A stretch of 64,000 nucleotides of DNA from Gnetum montanum. Its lineage: Eukaryota; Plantae; Gnetophyta. Shown here piece after piece: positions 38,638 to 51,999 of this stretch. The position numbers and the translations under genes were made by a program. The notes under the pieces are model-generated. The model searched no databases. It was not told the origin of the DNA and saw only the letters and a program-made list of their open reading frames with translations. The stretch covers positions 124,373 through 188,372 of the forward strand of contig MNCI01001841.1 in assembly GCA_015680685.1 (NCBI GenBank), in the 5' to 3' direction. Numbering within the stretch: the first letter of the stretch is position 1; every line of letters starts with the position of its first letter.

Positions 38638-39560
38638 CTTCCCTCTCACTGGAGATATCGAAAGGTAATTCTAACCAAGAGACATTGGTGGGAATGGCTC
38701 CTATGTTTGCGTCATCTAGTGCTCCTTCAGTTTTAGTAGGATTGTGAGTTAGCGTTGGGTTCATGTCTTGAAGTGTGCTCATGGTTCCTTGATTAGGCTT
38801 AGAAAATTCAATTTATGACCCTTGATCCCTTCCTGAGTATGAGAAAGTAAGTGATGTTATCATATCCCCATGTATAATGATTTCACCGCCCTCATAAGGT
38901 AGGTGGATCTCTTGATGGATTGGTGAGGATACAACTCTCAATCGAGCTATCCAAGGATGTCCTAGAATCAAATTAAACTCTAGCATTTCGTCAACTACTA
39001 CGAATTCAGCTGATGTGGGGAATTGGTCCCCTGCTATGAAATCTAAGGTAACTATGCCTTTCACCACAACATGGGAACCACTAAAGGATTTTAGGAAAGA
39101 AGTTGTTTTGGGCTGTATTTGTTCAGTAAGTCCCAGTTTTTTGATGATGGAAAAAGGTATTCCATTTTTTGCTGCACCTTCATCGACGTGCATCCTATGT
39201 ATCTTGAAATGATTAACCTATATCGTTATGAACATAGGGGATGTGGTAACTTCTCCTATTTTCTCATCTAGCCTAATGTCATTAGCATGAAACTCTAGGG
39301 ATGTGGTCTTTGATTCCTGAGGTTGTAGGGACAATACTACATAAATGGATGGCTTATCCACAGGGAGGTCCTCACTAACAGGAATTGAATTAGCATCTAC
39401 ATGAGAGCCTCCTGATGTACTGGTGAAGTCATTACTAGGTCATACAGACTTAAAGAAGTATTCTTTTGTTTCAAGGCCTCTGTAACCTGGGTCAACGTGC
39501 TCACTAGGTCTTTACTATTTGGGACACCTTTATCTACAGAGACTTGGTCCATTTAACCCA
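38638..39560 (-). pseudogene. Aspartic protease and flanking linker of element D
   Basis: PMFITI.VNHFKIHRMHVDEGAAKN...FNLILGHPWI (Tat/Ogre-type protease); the frame continues to a consensus donor AAG|GTGAGT at 38638/38637. Confidence 0.8.
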
Positions 39561-39564
39561 GCAT

Positions 39565-41459
39565 TCATATTTTTCGTGGATGAATTTTTGCATTGGTAAC
39601 TGAGGATGCTAGGTTTAGGATGTGACCCGTGACATTATATTTTTTTTGATGACTCGTACCAGGCTCATTAGTGGACAGACTCATGGGAATGGATTCTGTT
39701 GTTGTCCACTGTGGCCCAAACACAGCTAACATCCAACTCATGACATCCAAATTTATGCTAGATGTGGCCTCAACATGGCTCATGTTGGCCTTACACCAAG
39801 TGCTATGAGTTGATTGAAACTCTATCACCACTCATCCTACACACATAAATAGACATCAAAATCTAATCATGAAGCCATTATGATCCTACTACCACATAGT
39901 TGCAACTTGTGCTTATCGACTACTATGCCACCACCATGTTACGTGTTACCCATAACACTCATTTTTGTGTAAATGCTAAGAAATATACATCGCAACTGCA
40001 ATGTGACTAGACTATGACTCACTGCTCCATGTTAATCAACACTACAACTATGTTATAAGGATGCTACACCTTACATTCCAAACAAAACTATAATAAACCA
40101 TAATGTTGCATGAACACCATGACTCACGATCCCTCTACCGTAGACAATGACTAGGCTGTAACCTATCCTCAACTCATGACCCACAAGAAACTTGAAATAA
40201 ATAATGAAAAATTGTCATCCTAACTTCCTGAACCATACATAAAATGCATGACAACATCCTCATGTAATTTCTATCACTGACAAAATCCTTTGAGACTAGT
40301 AATTATGCCCACATAGCTCTAAGATATCCTACATTAGAACCAAATTAGTGAAACATAAATATAACCATAACTACATAAGCAATCACAAAAATCATAACAA
40401 TTAAATTCCAACATCATAGTCATAGATCAATATGCTCACCACATAACACATTAACTCTATCCATCTTATCCCCAAAATTCCATAAGTATGCACAAGGATC
40501 AAAATACTAGAAATAGAAAAATTGTAAACACTACCCACCAAAACCTAGAAAATGCCAAAATCCAAGATACACACATGAACCAAGCAACATCTTGGTTTTA
40601 CCAAAATACAAATGAAACCTCCCAAATCACACCTATCCTAAACTACCTTTCCAACATTTTAAGAATCTCAAAAATCTACCAAGCATTGGAAGAGAACAAA
40701 GAAGAAAAAGAAATCTAGAAGAACAAAGAAACCTGAATGTGCATGGAAGGAAGAAGGAAAAAATAAATTATATTTTATATCTTATGTATATTAAGTATGT
40801 TAACTTTATTATTACCTTAAATTTTGAATTTTATAAGTCCCTTTCCAATTTTCTTAGTCCTAACAAATATCACAATACCCACATTATATCTCACTCATAA
40901 AACACCCATTTACCATGCTAGTCAAACCTATACACATCATAGCACATTCACAACATATCCAAGAGGCCACACATGCATGATAAAGTATACCAACTAATCA
41001 TGTACTCATAACCTACATAATAATATAATCATGGATGATCCATACTAAACATCACACATCCTCTTAAGTTGTACTATGATAATAACATAAATAACCATAA
41101 CAAATACCAAAAACCTCATAACATAATTTTCCAAATAACACTAGCCTTGTAATCATAAATGCATAACATAGAAATCACATGAATTGAGGTCATGCCTACC
41201 AAGTTCTTAGTTTTTACCCATAGCACACTTTACTCTTACTAGTTACAATCATCTGCCTAACTCATCTAGTAATATTAGTGTGCATAATCATGGTAATCAC
41301 ATGGTCATAATGGTATTATTATAAGATCTTAGCAAATAAATTATAAAATATAATGAAATATCATGTCTATTTATGCATACCTTGAAAATCCTAGTTGCAT
41401 CTAACTGAACACAAAACAACATAACATGATACTGTGGGACCTTATAGTGAGGGATTATA
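39565..41459 (-). repeat. CA-rich LTR-like sequence (possibly Tekay/Del-type), right part
   Basis: Non-coding, CA-biased; ends ...GAGGGATTATA, resembling the reverse complement of TGTAATCCC; no convincing TSD with 13099. Confidence 0.35.
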
Positions 41460-41542
41460 TGTGTCAAAACCTAAAATAATTGAAATATAGGTACACCTAA
41501 ATATATATGGTTAGATTACAACTTTATAACTCAGCATTTTCT

Positions 41543-41601
41543 ACTAGAATTGAACCCATAGCTTAGAGCTTCCAAATAAAGAGTCTTACTACTAGGCCAA
41601 C
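41543..41601 (-). other. tRNA-derived remnant (A-box and B-box like)
   Basis: Minus strand GTTGGCCTAGTAGTAAG...GGGTTCAATTCT; no intact cloverleaf. Confidence 0.3.
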
Positions 41602-42438
41602 ATCTCACTATTATTTATAACATATTATAATACTTGAACCTATGTTATTAATGGTTAAGTCTTTTATATCCTTGTATTAATGATGTACCATGATCCCTCT
41701 TTCTATCATGTATTATAAATTATGATTGGAAGAGCTTGAAGCTTATTATGCTTGTTGGTCTAAGATATAAGTTAATTAATGATAATAAGAAATAATATCA
41801 TATTTAATATTTATAAGTAGTAAGTGTTAAGTTAAATTTCTAGGATGTGACATAACTTGGATTTACTTTAATGCATTTTATTTTGATGCAATGTCATTAT
41901 GGAAAAATGAGTGCATTAAGCCACAAGCATTAAACTTGCATTAACTTGATAATCCCAACAACTAGTCACTTGGTACATTCAATAGTGAGATAGCTTAGTA
42001 ATCCTAATAGTTAATTCCTATATCTAGCAATGTGATGATAGTTGTATAAATAAAATAGTCATTACCTCTAAGATAGTTTAGGACAATATAAAATATATTG
42101 TTATATTCATTGAATTAGTAAATTTACTATGTTTAATAATTTTTATAATTAGCAACTATGATCTTTCCAATATCAATAATCATACATGTCATCTATACTT
42201 AAATGATGAGTAGCAAGTATGGCCAATGCCCAACCATACAATTTACAAGTGTCATAGTAAATCATATCATAATCTATAGAAAAGATAGGTTATATGTATA
42301 TCAATAGCATGAATTAATTGCCCATTCATGTTTGTTAAATGTGATTGAGGCATATGATTAATGATGTTGTATGACACATCTCTAATTATATATAAGTAAA
42401 AAAAATATTTAATAATATCATTAACTAATCATAGAAAG

Positions 42439-43290
42439 TGATATGCAATGAGTAGTTCCTACACCCAACCATATGAATGACAAGTATGTATTCATGATCC
42501 AATTCAATTTTGTCGACCCTTTTACCTAAGTGACCTCTATCTTATATAGTTAAACATAAGGTTACTAGTCATTGTCTTCCCAATCATCACTTGTGTTAAT
42601 TTCATCGATATTGCTAAGTGTGATTAAGGTGTAAGATATTTGTATTTATAATTTTATTATTTTTTATATTGAAAAAGTATTAAGAGATGAAGCAATTGAA
42701 ATATTAAACTTTAACTAATTAATGGAACTAAAGGTAAGCTCAACTATCCTAAACATAAAGCATACTTTTTGTACACATTCTAAACTCATACTAAAATTGT
42801 TGAGTTACAAACTGTTTACTACTTGGTGTACCAAGTATTCACTACTAGGATTACTAAGCATTAATATATTACACTTGAACTAGTCATACTAGTCATACTT
42901 ATGTTACTATAGAATAAAATACTAAATTCTTAAGCATGTAAGAAAAAGTGCTTGTAAGTAGATTGAATGCTAGTCCAAGTGTTGCAATAGGGAGAAAAAG
43001 CCTCAATTTTATTTTTATCATGAAAAAGTGTCTAGGTACATCTTTTACTTGAATAAAAACTTGTACAATTAATTAAATCCATGCTACGAGCACAAAGAGG
43101 AAAATTTCACTAACTCTAAAGGACTAAACTACAAGATCTTTGCTAGAGGAATTACCAAAGGTGCCATAAATGGATCTGTGCACATTTATATAGGCTTAGG
43201 GAGGATCAACATCAATACATATGCACCAATGCATTCAAGGATGCATCTATGGACATGCGTTGACATAGCCAACTTATTTAGACTTCATCA
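42439..43290 (-). repeat. 3' LTR of element B
   Basis: Aligns along its length with 54471-55337; TGAT...CATCA termini; PPT-like GTTGTGGGGGTA (minus) at ~43291-43302. Confidence 0.9.
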
Positions 43291-43769
43291 TACCCCCACA
43301 ACTAACCAAAAACTTGTCCTCAAGTGAACAACAAAACAAGATTGAGTTGTTTACAAAATTTTGGGAGTATGAAACCAAAAAAATAATGACAACAAATAGA
43401 CAAATTTGAGTGTCATTTATACATGTTATTTGCATGGATACAAAAATGTTTGCAAGGTATAAAGAATTTTGATAATTTGAAAAAATTTACAAGCATCAAC
43501 CAAATGGATTAGAATCAAATGGCATATTTATACTATGCCTAGATTTGGAGTCTCCTATGGCATGGAGGATCCTTCATCATGTCCATTCTTAGCTCAAGGT
43601 CTAGGCTACCTTACTATTGTTGCCAAAAATTACAAGCCATTTATAAGTGCCTTCATTTTCTCCTCCTCACCCTGTGGGTCATGAACAGTCTAGGTGGATT
43701 TTCCTAAATGAGTTGGTGTTGGTATATCCCATGCGTAAGGCAATGTTAGAACCATCTTCTTCTTGTTAA

Positions 43770-46268
43770 CAAAGCTACAAACTATTTACATTCAATGTCA
43801 AACATACATACAAGGTTTTGCAGCTCATGGTAATCATTCATTTTCCTAGGCACTTTCTTTTTCAACTTGACCTTAGCCTTTCCACTATAATAATTACCAA
43901 GCTTTCATAACAAATGTTGGCTAACTTCATGTACTCCATCATCTCTTCAATATGTAACTCCTTCAAGTAGACTTTAGCTTAATTGTAGACATTGAGGCCA
44001 TTAAAGATAGGATACCATACATCACCTCTTTGTTGGAGTTGCTAGAGGGCTTCATTTATTTTTGCCTTTTCCAATTTAATTTCTTTAACATTTACCTCCT
44101 TGAGCATTCCAAATTGGTCCCTATAGTTATTCATCACTCTTTCATATTTTAGAGCTTCATTCTTCCAATCAATAATCTCAATGATGGTTTTATGGCATGT
44201 ACCTCCTCCATTAAGAAATTTCTATCTTCTATAGTCAACCATCTCATGTCTTAGTACACCTTGGAAAGCAATTCTTGCTACTAATAAATATATTTGATCA
44301 TTTAGTTCTTTTTTTGTTCAACATTGCACAAGAAATAATTCTCCTAGGTTTGTGCAAGATTTTCCTTCTATATCTATTGAAGGTCATGGCTAGGAGAATT
44401 TGTTATTACTTTTGAAAATAATGCATCAAATATTGTCATCTCCTTAACATTCTCAACCTCCTAAAGTTTTTATTAAAGCCATTAAAAAGCTTCATCTCTT
44501 ATTAGCTCAAGCCTGAGAATTAATGGCTTCAACAAGTGGGCTCTAAGTTCTAAAACCTCAGGTGTCAATCATCAATTACTAATGGTGGCCTTCTCCAGTT
44601 GTGTATTAGCAATGATGAACTTGTTCCTTATCTCCAACAACTTTTATTGAGTGGCTAAAATATATTTTGAAAGATCAAAGATATCTAGAATTAATTTTTT
44701 GGCTCAAATCAATCACTCTAGCACCTTCTCATGCTACAATGCACTCATTTCCCTACTCCCTACTCCTACCAATACTTGGACATCTATCATGATAGTGACA
44801 TCANTTCTCCTACCAATACTTGGACATCTATCATGATAGTGACATCATGGATAGATGATACAAGAGCACTTAGAGCCTCTTCAACTATATTAACCACCAT
44901 TTCCACTACATTCTTCTAGCCCTTGTATGGCATGACTATGACTGTTACTCCATTCCCCTCTTCTACCATAACAAAAAAGGCTACTACATTCTCAAAAATT
45001 TTAGGAAATGCTTCTACCAAAATGGACATAGTAATTTCTTTAACATTAGGATTGAACCAAAAAAAAATCCTAGTTTCATTATGAGGAGAATAGTGGTATC
45101 ATTTTGTCCAATGGTGAAATAATGATCCTAGAAATCTTCTTAAAATGACTTATGGTCGAGTAGTACACAGAGGATTCTCCACCATCTCCAAAGGCTTATT
45201 GTTGTAACTATTATTTCCTAAGTCTCCTTAGGCATTTGATAGTTGCCACCATTTCAAGAAAAATTTGTAATGCTATAGGTGGTGGTGGAGGTGGAAATTT
45301 CTCCTCCTGTAGCTTGGCAGGTACTTTATCCTTCATCATATTCTACCATAATGCAACAGGAGCCTTACAGGTCATATCATTGACATAGTGAGCTATGCCT
45401 CCCTACTTGTAGAGTTTTCTAATGAAGTAGGGAAGGGAGAGTGTCTTCCTACCATTTTCATTTTCCTTGAAATTCTTTTTAATCTCTAGAAAGATGAGTT
45501 GGGAAAGATTAACTTGGGATTTTTCACTTAGAGCCGCATATGCCCTAAGATAGAAGGCAATCATCTTACTTGGTCTCATCGTGGGATTTACATCGTAAGC
45601 TACAATCTTGAAATAAGCATCCTTCACCTTAGTTTGGGCATCGTACTCCTTACAGTTTACTCCATCTCACTGCTAGATCATTTTTTCCTTACCTCAAGGT
45701 CCACTTATGTTAAGATTTCTACCAGCTTTTCCCTAGTGTTTGATAATATGAGAACTTTTGCAATTACCTCAACTAGATAAAAGCTGGTAATATCTTTGAT
45801 TTTTATGATTGCATCTCCTTGTTGGCTATTCTAGAAGAGGCAAATCTCACCCACGTATTATTTTCCACTAGTGGAGAGAATTGGCCATAGTGGAGACCCC
45901 TGCAGTTGTGTCCTAACCTCTTCTAGTGATATCTCTAGGAAAGGTCCAAAGTTCAACTCCTAAAGGATGGAGCTCTAAACTTCTTTACTTTATACCTTCT
46001 CTAGGTAGGCCTCCATGAGCATGACCTCTAAATTAGGTCATGATCTTGGAACCTTATCCTACCTAAATTATTTCATTTCAACTATGGAAATCTCATAGAA
46101 AAATTCCACCTCTGGTTCCTCACGCAAGGGCTTGGTAGCATGGGTTACCTTGGCAGCTTATTCCTGGGGTTGTTATTGTTGTTGTCATTATTATTCCCTT
46201 CTTTCATGAGGTCATTTTTCTCAAGGTTGTGATGGGTCTCCTACTTATGATCCTCACTCTAGTGCCAT
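43770..46268 (-). pseudogene. env-like/extra ORF of element B, homologous to ORF2 of A
   Basis: ELNFGPFLEISLEEVRTQLQGSPLWPIL and VNLSQLIFLEI...LSLPYFIRKLY match ORF2 of A; coiled-coil-like 3' part; 3' end approximate. Confidence 0.7.
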
Positions 46269-48299
46269 TTCTACTCACAAAGATAATCCAAGATCAGTTA
46301 TTTGGATTATATTCTTCCTTTAGCCTAAATGCACTTCAATTATTTGATCAGGCTAAGTATGATGTTAAGTTTTTATTCAAGTGATCACAAGCATATGAGA
46401 ATATTTTATAATTATTTTAATTTTACTTTAATAAAGGTTGGTTGTTTGTATTAACTCTTTTGATCATTATTTTCATATTATTTTAATACCTTATCTATAG
46501 GGTGTTTACAAAATTTTCTATTAAAACATTAGTGTTTGATCCCTCATGATGTAAAGTATACCTTTGAAAGCTTGAGGATTGAAGAACAAGTGTTAACATG
46601 TAAGTGTTAAGGAGGTTATGACTCTTAAAATGCTTTGGGCTCTAAAAAATTCCAAAAACTTCTCTTGTATTTAAGAAAAATGATGAAGATTAAGATAGGT
46701 TTCATGCATATTCATAGCATTATTGTGCTGCATTGATGAGGCTACATCAACGTATCCAACTGCATCAACAAGGATGTGTTGACACAACTATTCACAGTTA
46801 TTTTTCAAATTGAGACATTAAGGAATTTTGAATGAGTTAGGATCAAAACAAGAGCCAAATGGAAGCCAAAAAGATAGGAACCCAAGGCAACAACATCTTT
46901 TGAGGTTCTAATTGAGAAATTGAAGTAAATTGAGCACATGAAATAAGAAAATATGAGATGTTTCTTAAACAATATTAGCACCAAACTAGATGATTTAGAC
47001 TATCAAGGGTAGTGGAAACAAATAGAGGTACATCGGTATGGAGTTTATACTAAAGGGAACCAAAACTTATGCAAGTGGATCCTCCTCAAAGCAAGCTTAT
47101 GCCTTAAGATGCCCTTGCATAATCCCATTACAAGGTGTTTGTAGGCACCTTGGATAATGAATGGTAGTTCAAGGTGATGAATGGTAGTTTAGGATAAATG
47201 TCATACCCACATAAAGGATTTTCTTACAATTATATAATCTACAAAAGAAGACTAATATCTAACCATGGTATGGGGTAGTGACATGAGAAAATGGAGTGCT
47301 AGAATGGTAGAGAGAGATTGAAAGAAATAAATACATATCATAGTCATAAGAGATCCTTGGTGAGATGCATGATTAGGATGATCTGATATTGGTTAATTCT
47401 CAATTTAGACCAAGTTCATACCAATAATAGTAATCCTACATTTATGTATATCTCCTCTCCTACAATCATGAGTCTACAACAACCATAAGAAATGATCATT
47501 TCTTCAATTAAAAAAAAAAAGAAAAGAAAAGAAGGAAATAGTTATGGATTATTTAGATAAAAATTTTGTCCTTAGTTATAGGGGTATGTTTAGACATGAA
47601 TAACATGTCTTTCTAGCCTCATAGCCAATGCTTGTATCCCAAGAGATCTTCAAAGAGGTGTGCTTTTAATTCCTATTTGTGTGTTTTTTTTTTCAAAAAC
47701 TACACATTACAAGGACATAATTTCTTTTATGGTCAATGGTAGGAGTGATGATATGCTCCATGAAGAACTAGAGAACTTAGGGAATAATTTGAGAAGAGAA
47801 TGCAACAAATCCCCTTAAATCCACATCCTTTTCCATTCCCCCTTGATCCTTTCCCAATTCATTGGATAACGAGATCATATGTTACCTTTTAATCCTCATG
47901 TGAAGAAACCATTGTAGAGAGAATAGTCCAAGGATAAAACTTTTTTGGATAAGTAACTTTAATCTTCATAGTTGTAATCAACAATTATCAAAGTTCATAG
48001 TACCAATAGAATAAAATTAGAGATTACAATTAAAGTTATAGGAAAGTAACAATAAAAGCCAAATTAAAAAGTAAAAGTAAAAAAGGAAAATATATAGAAT
48101 AAATATTAACATAAAAAATGAAAAACATATAAAGAATGATGTAAAAGAAAAAATAATAAAAAACCATTTCATCCTCTTTAAGATGTTATGATAGATGGAT
48201 ATCTTCCCCATGACTAAGTTAGAAGGAGGAGATTCAAAAAATGAAGCAAGATTCTTCTTAGTTCAAGGTGTTATTATTTTGACTAGTTACTTAGAAGTC

Positions 48300-51200
48300 T
48301 GTGAAGGTTTAGGCTTGTTACATCAAAACGAAAATTTGAGAATATAATATATTATCCTTCCCATAATGTATGGAACTTCGTTCATTGTGGCACATGCATT
48401 AGAACTTGATTTAAATTCAAATTTTTGTACCCAAGAATCATTACATTATTTGTTGTATGCCTTGTATACTTCATTCAACATAAGGGCTACTCTACAATTT
48501 TCATCTAGCACATTGAGTATCATGAATCTTTCTTTTTATGCCAAGTTAACATCTAATTCAAGCTCACATGCAATTGTGAGTATATAGAGTTCGGTTTGAA
48601 TTGGAAGTTTGGGTAACTTTCTATACATTAACTTGTAGGGAGATAGGATATAGAAAGTATTCATGTTGAGCAACATGCCCAAAGGGCATTTTTTATTTTA
48701 GTACTTCACTCTTTCCTATATCTACTAATGGTCTATGTTAGGATTTGAGTAATCTCCCTATTGGTTACTTCAACTTGATCATTGGCTTGAGGATGGTAGG
48801 ATGTTGTAAGTTTATCTTGCATCCCCAAATGTTACATTAACTTATAGAAGGTAGTCCCTATAATGTATGTTTTGATCAGAAATTAGTGTTGTAGGCATAC
48901 AAAACCTGTTTACCACCTTTTGTTGAAAAAAATAAAGCTATAGTAGTAGAGTCAAAAACAACTACAAAATCAGCCCATTTCGTACAGTAGTCAACAATAA
49001 TAATGATATAAGACTTCCCATTAGACATGAGAGTGATGGATCTCATAAAGTCAATTCCCAAAAGGTCAAAAGGCTCTAATGGTTGAATCCACTGTTAGGG
49101 TTCTTTCATCCTAGTTGTTATTCCTCCATCTCATTGGCACCTTTCACATGAATGGGGAAAATGGTGGATGGTCTTAAAGTGCATTGATTAAAATATCCTA
49201 CCATCATGATATTTATTTTCATTCTCCTTCCTAAATAATGACACCTAGAAGGACCCTCATGAGCATCTTGAAGGACTCTTAGTTGCTTTGTATCAGGTAC
49301 ACACCATTGTACTAGGCCACCAGCACAAATCTTGTAGAGGTTCCACCTATCTTTATGTAGTGTTTGACCTAATGGAAAACCTATTATTTCCTCCTATGGT
49401 CCCATTTGTTAGGAGTATCTTGTATGAATAAATATGAGAGCAATTCATCATAACAATTTGTAAACTTCAATTTTTGAACTTTAATTGCCTCAACAAAGAG
49501 AAGCTCATATGGGAATTAATTGAATAAGGACTCTTCATCATCATCATTATCCCATCTTAATCAAGATAGATGGTCTACATCTAAACTCTTAGTTCTTTTT
49601 CTATCCACCATTGTTAGATTAAAATCCTATAAGATTACCTACCATCATATAACACAACAACTCATCACTGGCTTGTTCATCAAGAAGTGAATTGCACTCT
49701 AATTAGTATGCACGACAATTAGATATCCAAGCACATTGTGCCTTACTTTCTCTACAGCCTACACCACCACCATCAGTTCCTTCTCTATAGTGTGTAGTTA
49801 AGTTGTGCATCCACAATGCTCCTACTTGTACAATAGATATATTATGAACATTTTTTATCATCAATCTATCAAAGCACCATCCCAATGCATAGCTAGATGC
49901 ATCTATCATGAAGTGCAAGAGTTTAAACTAATCAAGAAAGTGTAGAATAAGTGTTTCTACAAGCTTTTCCTTTAGGTGCTAGAATACTCATTTTTATTTC
50001 TTAGTTCATTCAAATGGGACATCCTTCTTGGTAATCTCAAATAGTAGCATAATATTTTTGAAATTTTTTTTAATGAAACATGTAATAACTAGTATAACCA
50101 AGGAATAACCTTACATCTTTGAATATTTGAGGTTTTCAAGTGATTCTATGGATAACCCTTATCTTTTCAAAGACCACCTAAATTTCTTTCCCTAAAATTC
50201 TATGTCCTAATATAATACCCTCTTCAACCATCAAATAGTTATTTTACCAATTAAGTTGTAGGTTCATATCCATACATCATTTCAATACCTACTTAAGATG
50301 GTCCAATGCTTGTTGAAAATTAGCATCATACGTGGAGAAATTATCCATGAAAACTTCCACACCACTACTAATTTGTTACTAAAAGATGCTAAGGACTAGG
50401 AATTAGAAGGTTGCAAGAGCATTGCACAGGCCAAAAGGCATCTTCTTGTATGCAAAAGTCCCCCAAGGACTTCTGAAAATTTTTTTGGCTTAGTCTTTGA
50501 GAGTGATTTATATTTGATTGTAGCTAGTATACCCATCCAAAAAAATATAATAGTTGTACCATGTAATTATGTCCAACACTTGGTCCACAAATGGTAGCAA
50601 AAAATGACCCTTGAACATAGCAATGTTCAACAACCTAGAGTCTATACAAACTCTTCATCATCCATCTTTCTTTAGTATAATAATGAGTGAGCTTACCCAC
50701 TCACTATCTTCCATAGGATAAATGAATCTAGTGTTGAGAAGTTTTTCAACTTTATTTTTAATAACTTGTTTCAACTTTGGATTCAATTCCTTTGTGATTA
50801 CCTCTTGGATTTGATGGTGGAGTCTGTGTAGATCTGATGTTGGCATATGCGTGGATCTATTCCTATTAATTCATTGTATGATCAACTAGAGGTTGTTGTC
50901 CATTTATTGACTACCCTTCATAGCTTTCACTTTTGTTCTTTAGTGAGCTGGGCATTGATGATTACTAGCTTTCCATTGTCTACAAATACATATTCTAGAG
51001 ATGTTGGTAAGGATTTTAGTTTCAATAGCTTTTGTTTAGAAATATCACAAATTTCCAACTCTCCCATATAAATTTTTGTTTCTTTTTTGTATTTGAATTC
51101 AAAGAGTTGGAACTAGATTTGCTCCATCTCATCCATCTTATCTATATAGGCACTTTTGAGGATTTCAATTGTTTTCATGCATATTATGGAACTAAAGCTA

Positions 51201-51720
51201 TCATCTATAGTTAGCCATCAGGTACCTTTTTGTTTTGTGGTTGTTGCATAGATGCACCTTTGAATGTTATTTGTTTCAGCATACTTGTTACATGTTGTAA
51301 TATATATGCTCTTTATTATCTATATTTTTTGCATCGAATGGCACCCTCTTCTTCTACATCTTACCAAATTCATTTTCCTTGGAAATTTTCAAGGAGAGGT
51401 CTCTAATCCCTAACTTAACATCAATAATACATAGCCAAGCCCTTCTCATAATGATTTAAAAGTTCCTCTTAGAGTTGTCCACATGAATCACTAGGAAGTT
51501 TGCTAAATATGATCTTTTGCTAACAATGGTTAAAATGTCCTCTACTAATCCCAATGGAATAGTAATGGATTGGTCTACAAGATCTAACTTGATATTACAT
51601 TTCTTGAGTGAACATAGGTTCCATGTTTTTTACATTTCTTGAAAAATTAAGTTCACACTAAATGTTAGTCTAATAGAGCTTTGCATGGATCAGTTTCTAT
51701 AATCTATAAATAAATTAGAG
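48300..51720 (-). pseudogene. pol: Pol remnant of element B (PR, RT, RH, INT)
   Basis: ELNPKLKQVIKNKVEKLL...SEWVS, MPFGLCNA, FMDNF, IDASSYALG, GIDFM...VDYCTKW, YHPQANDQVE; many disruptions; boundaries approximate. Confidence 0.8.
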
Positions 51721-51999
51721 GGCTTCCAAAATTAGTTCCTTTTTTTGGAAAGATGTCATGCCTTTATCCAATTTGTAATTGCATGAGTTAATATGACAAT
51801 GTGAACAGTTTTTAATCTTTAGTTTGAAGGCGACTCGATAGATATCCCTAGGGTAGCTTAAGAAGGATCCAAACCCACAAATGCCTATGATGGTTTAGGT
51901 GGACTGTGGGGCCTAAAGAAAGCCCTTTTTTGAATCTTATGCCTAGAGCCACTTGCGTTGAAATCTAGTTGCAAGTTTACAACCCACATGACATTATGT

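Larger units (their letters stand above)
24601..39565 (-). mobile_element. Element D: Tat/Ogre-type Ty3/gypsy retrotransposon lacking gag and 5' LTR (3' LTR, PPT, repeats, INT, aRH, RH, RT, long spacer with antisense gene, protease)
   Basis: pol motifs, protease ORF, PPT and LTR termini; inserted into the antisense gene of C. Confidence 0.85.

Noticed and set aside
13094-41464. TSD linking 13099 and 41459 as ends of one solo LTR
   Set aside because: Flanks GATGT and TGTGT match only 3/5, so the link is kept only as a low-confidence compositional inference.
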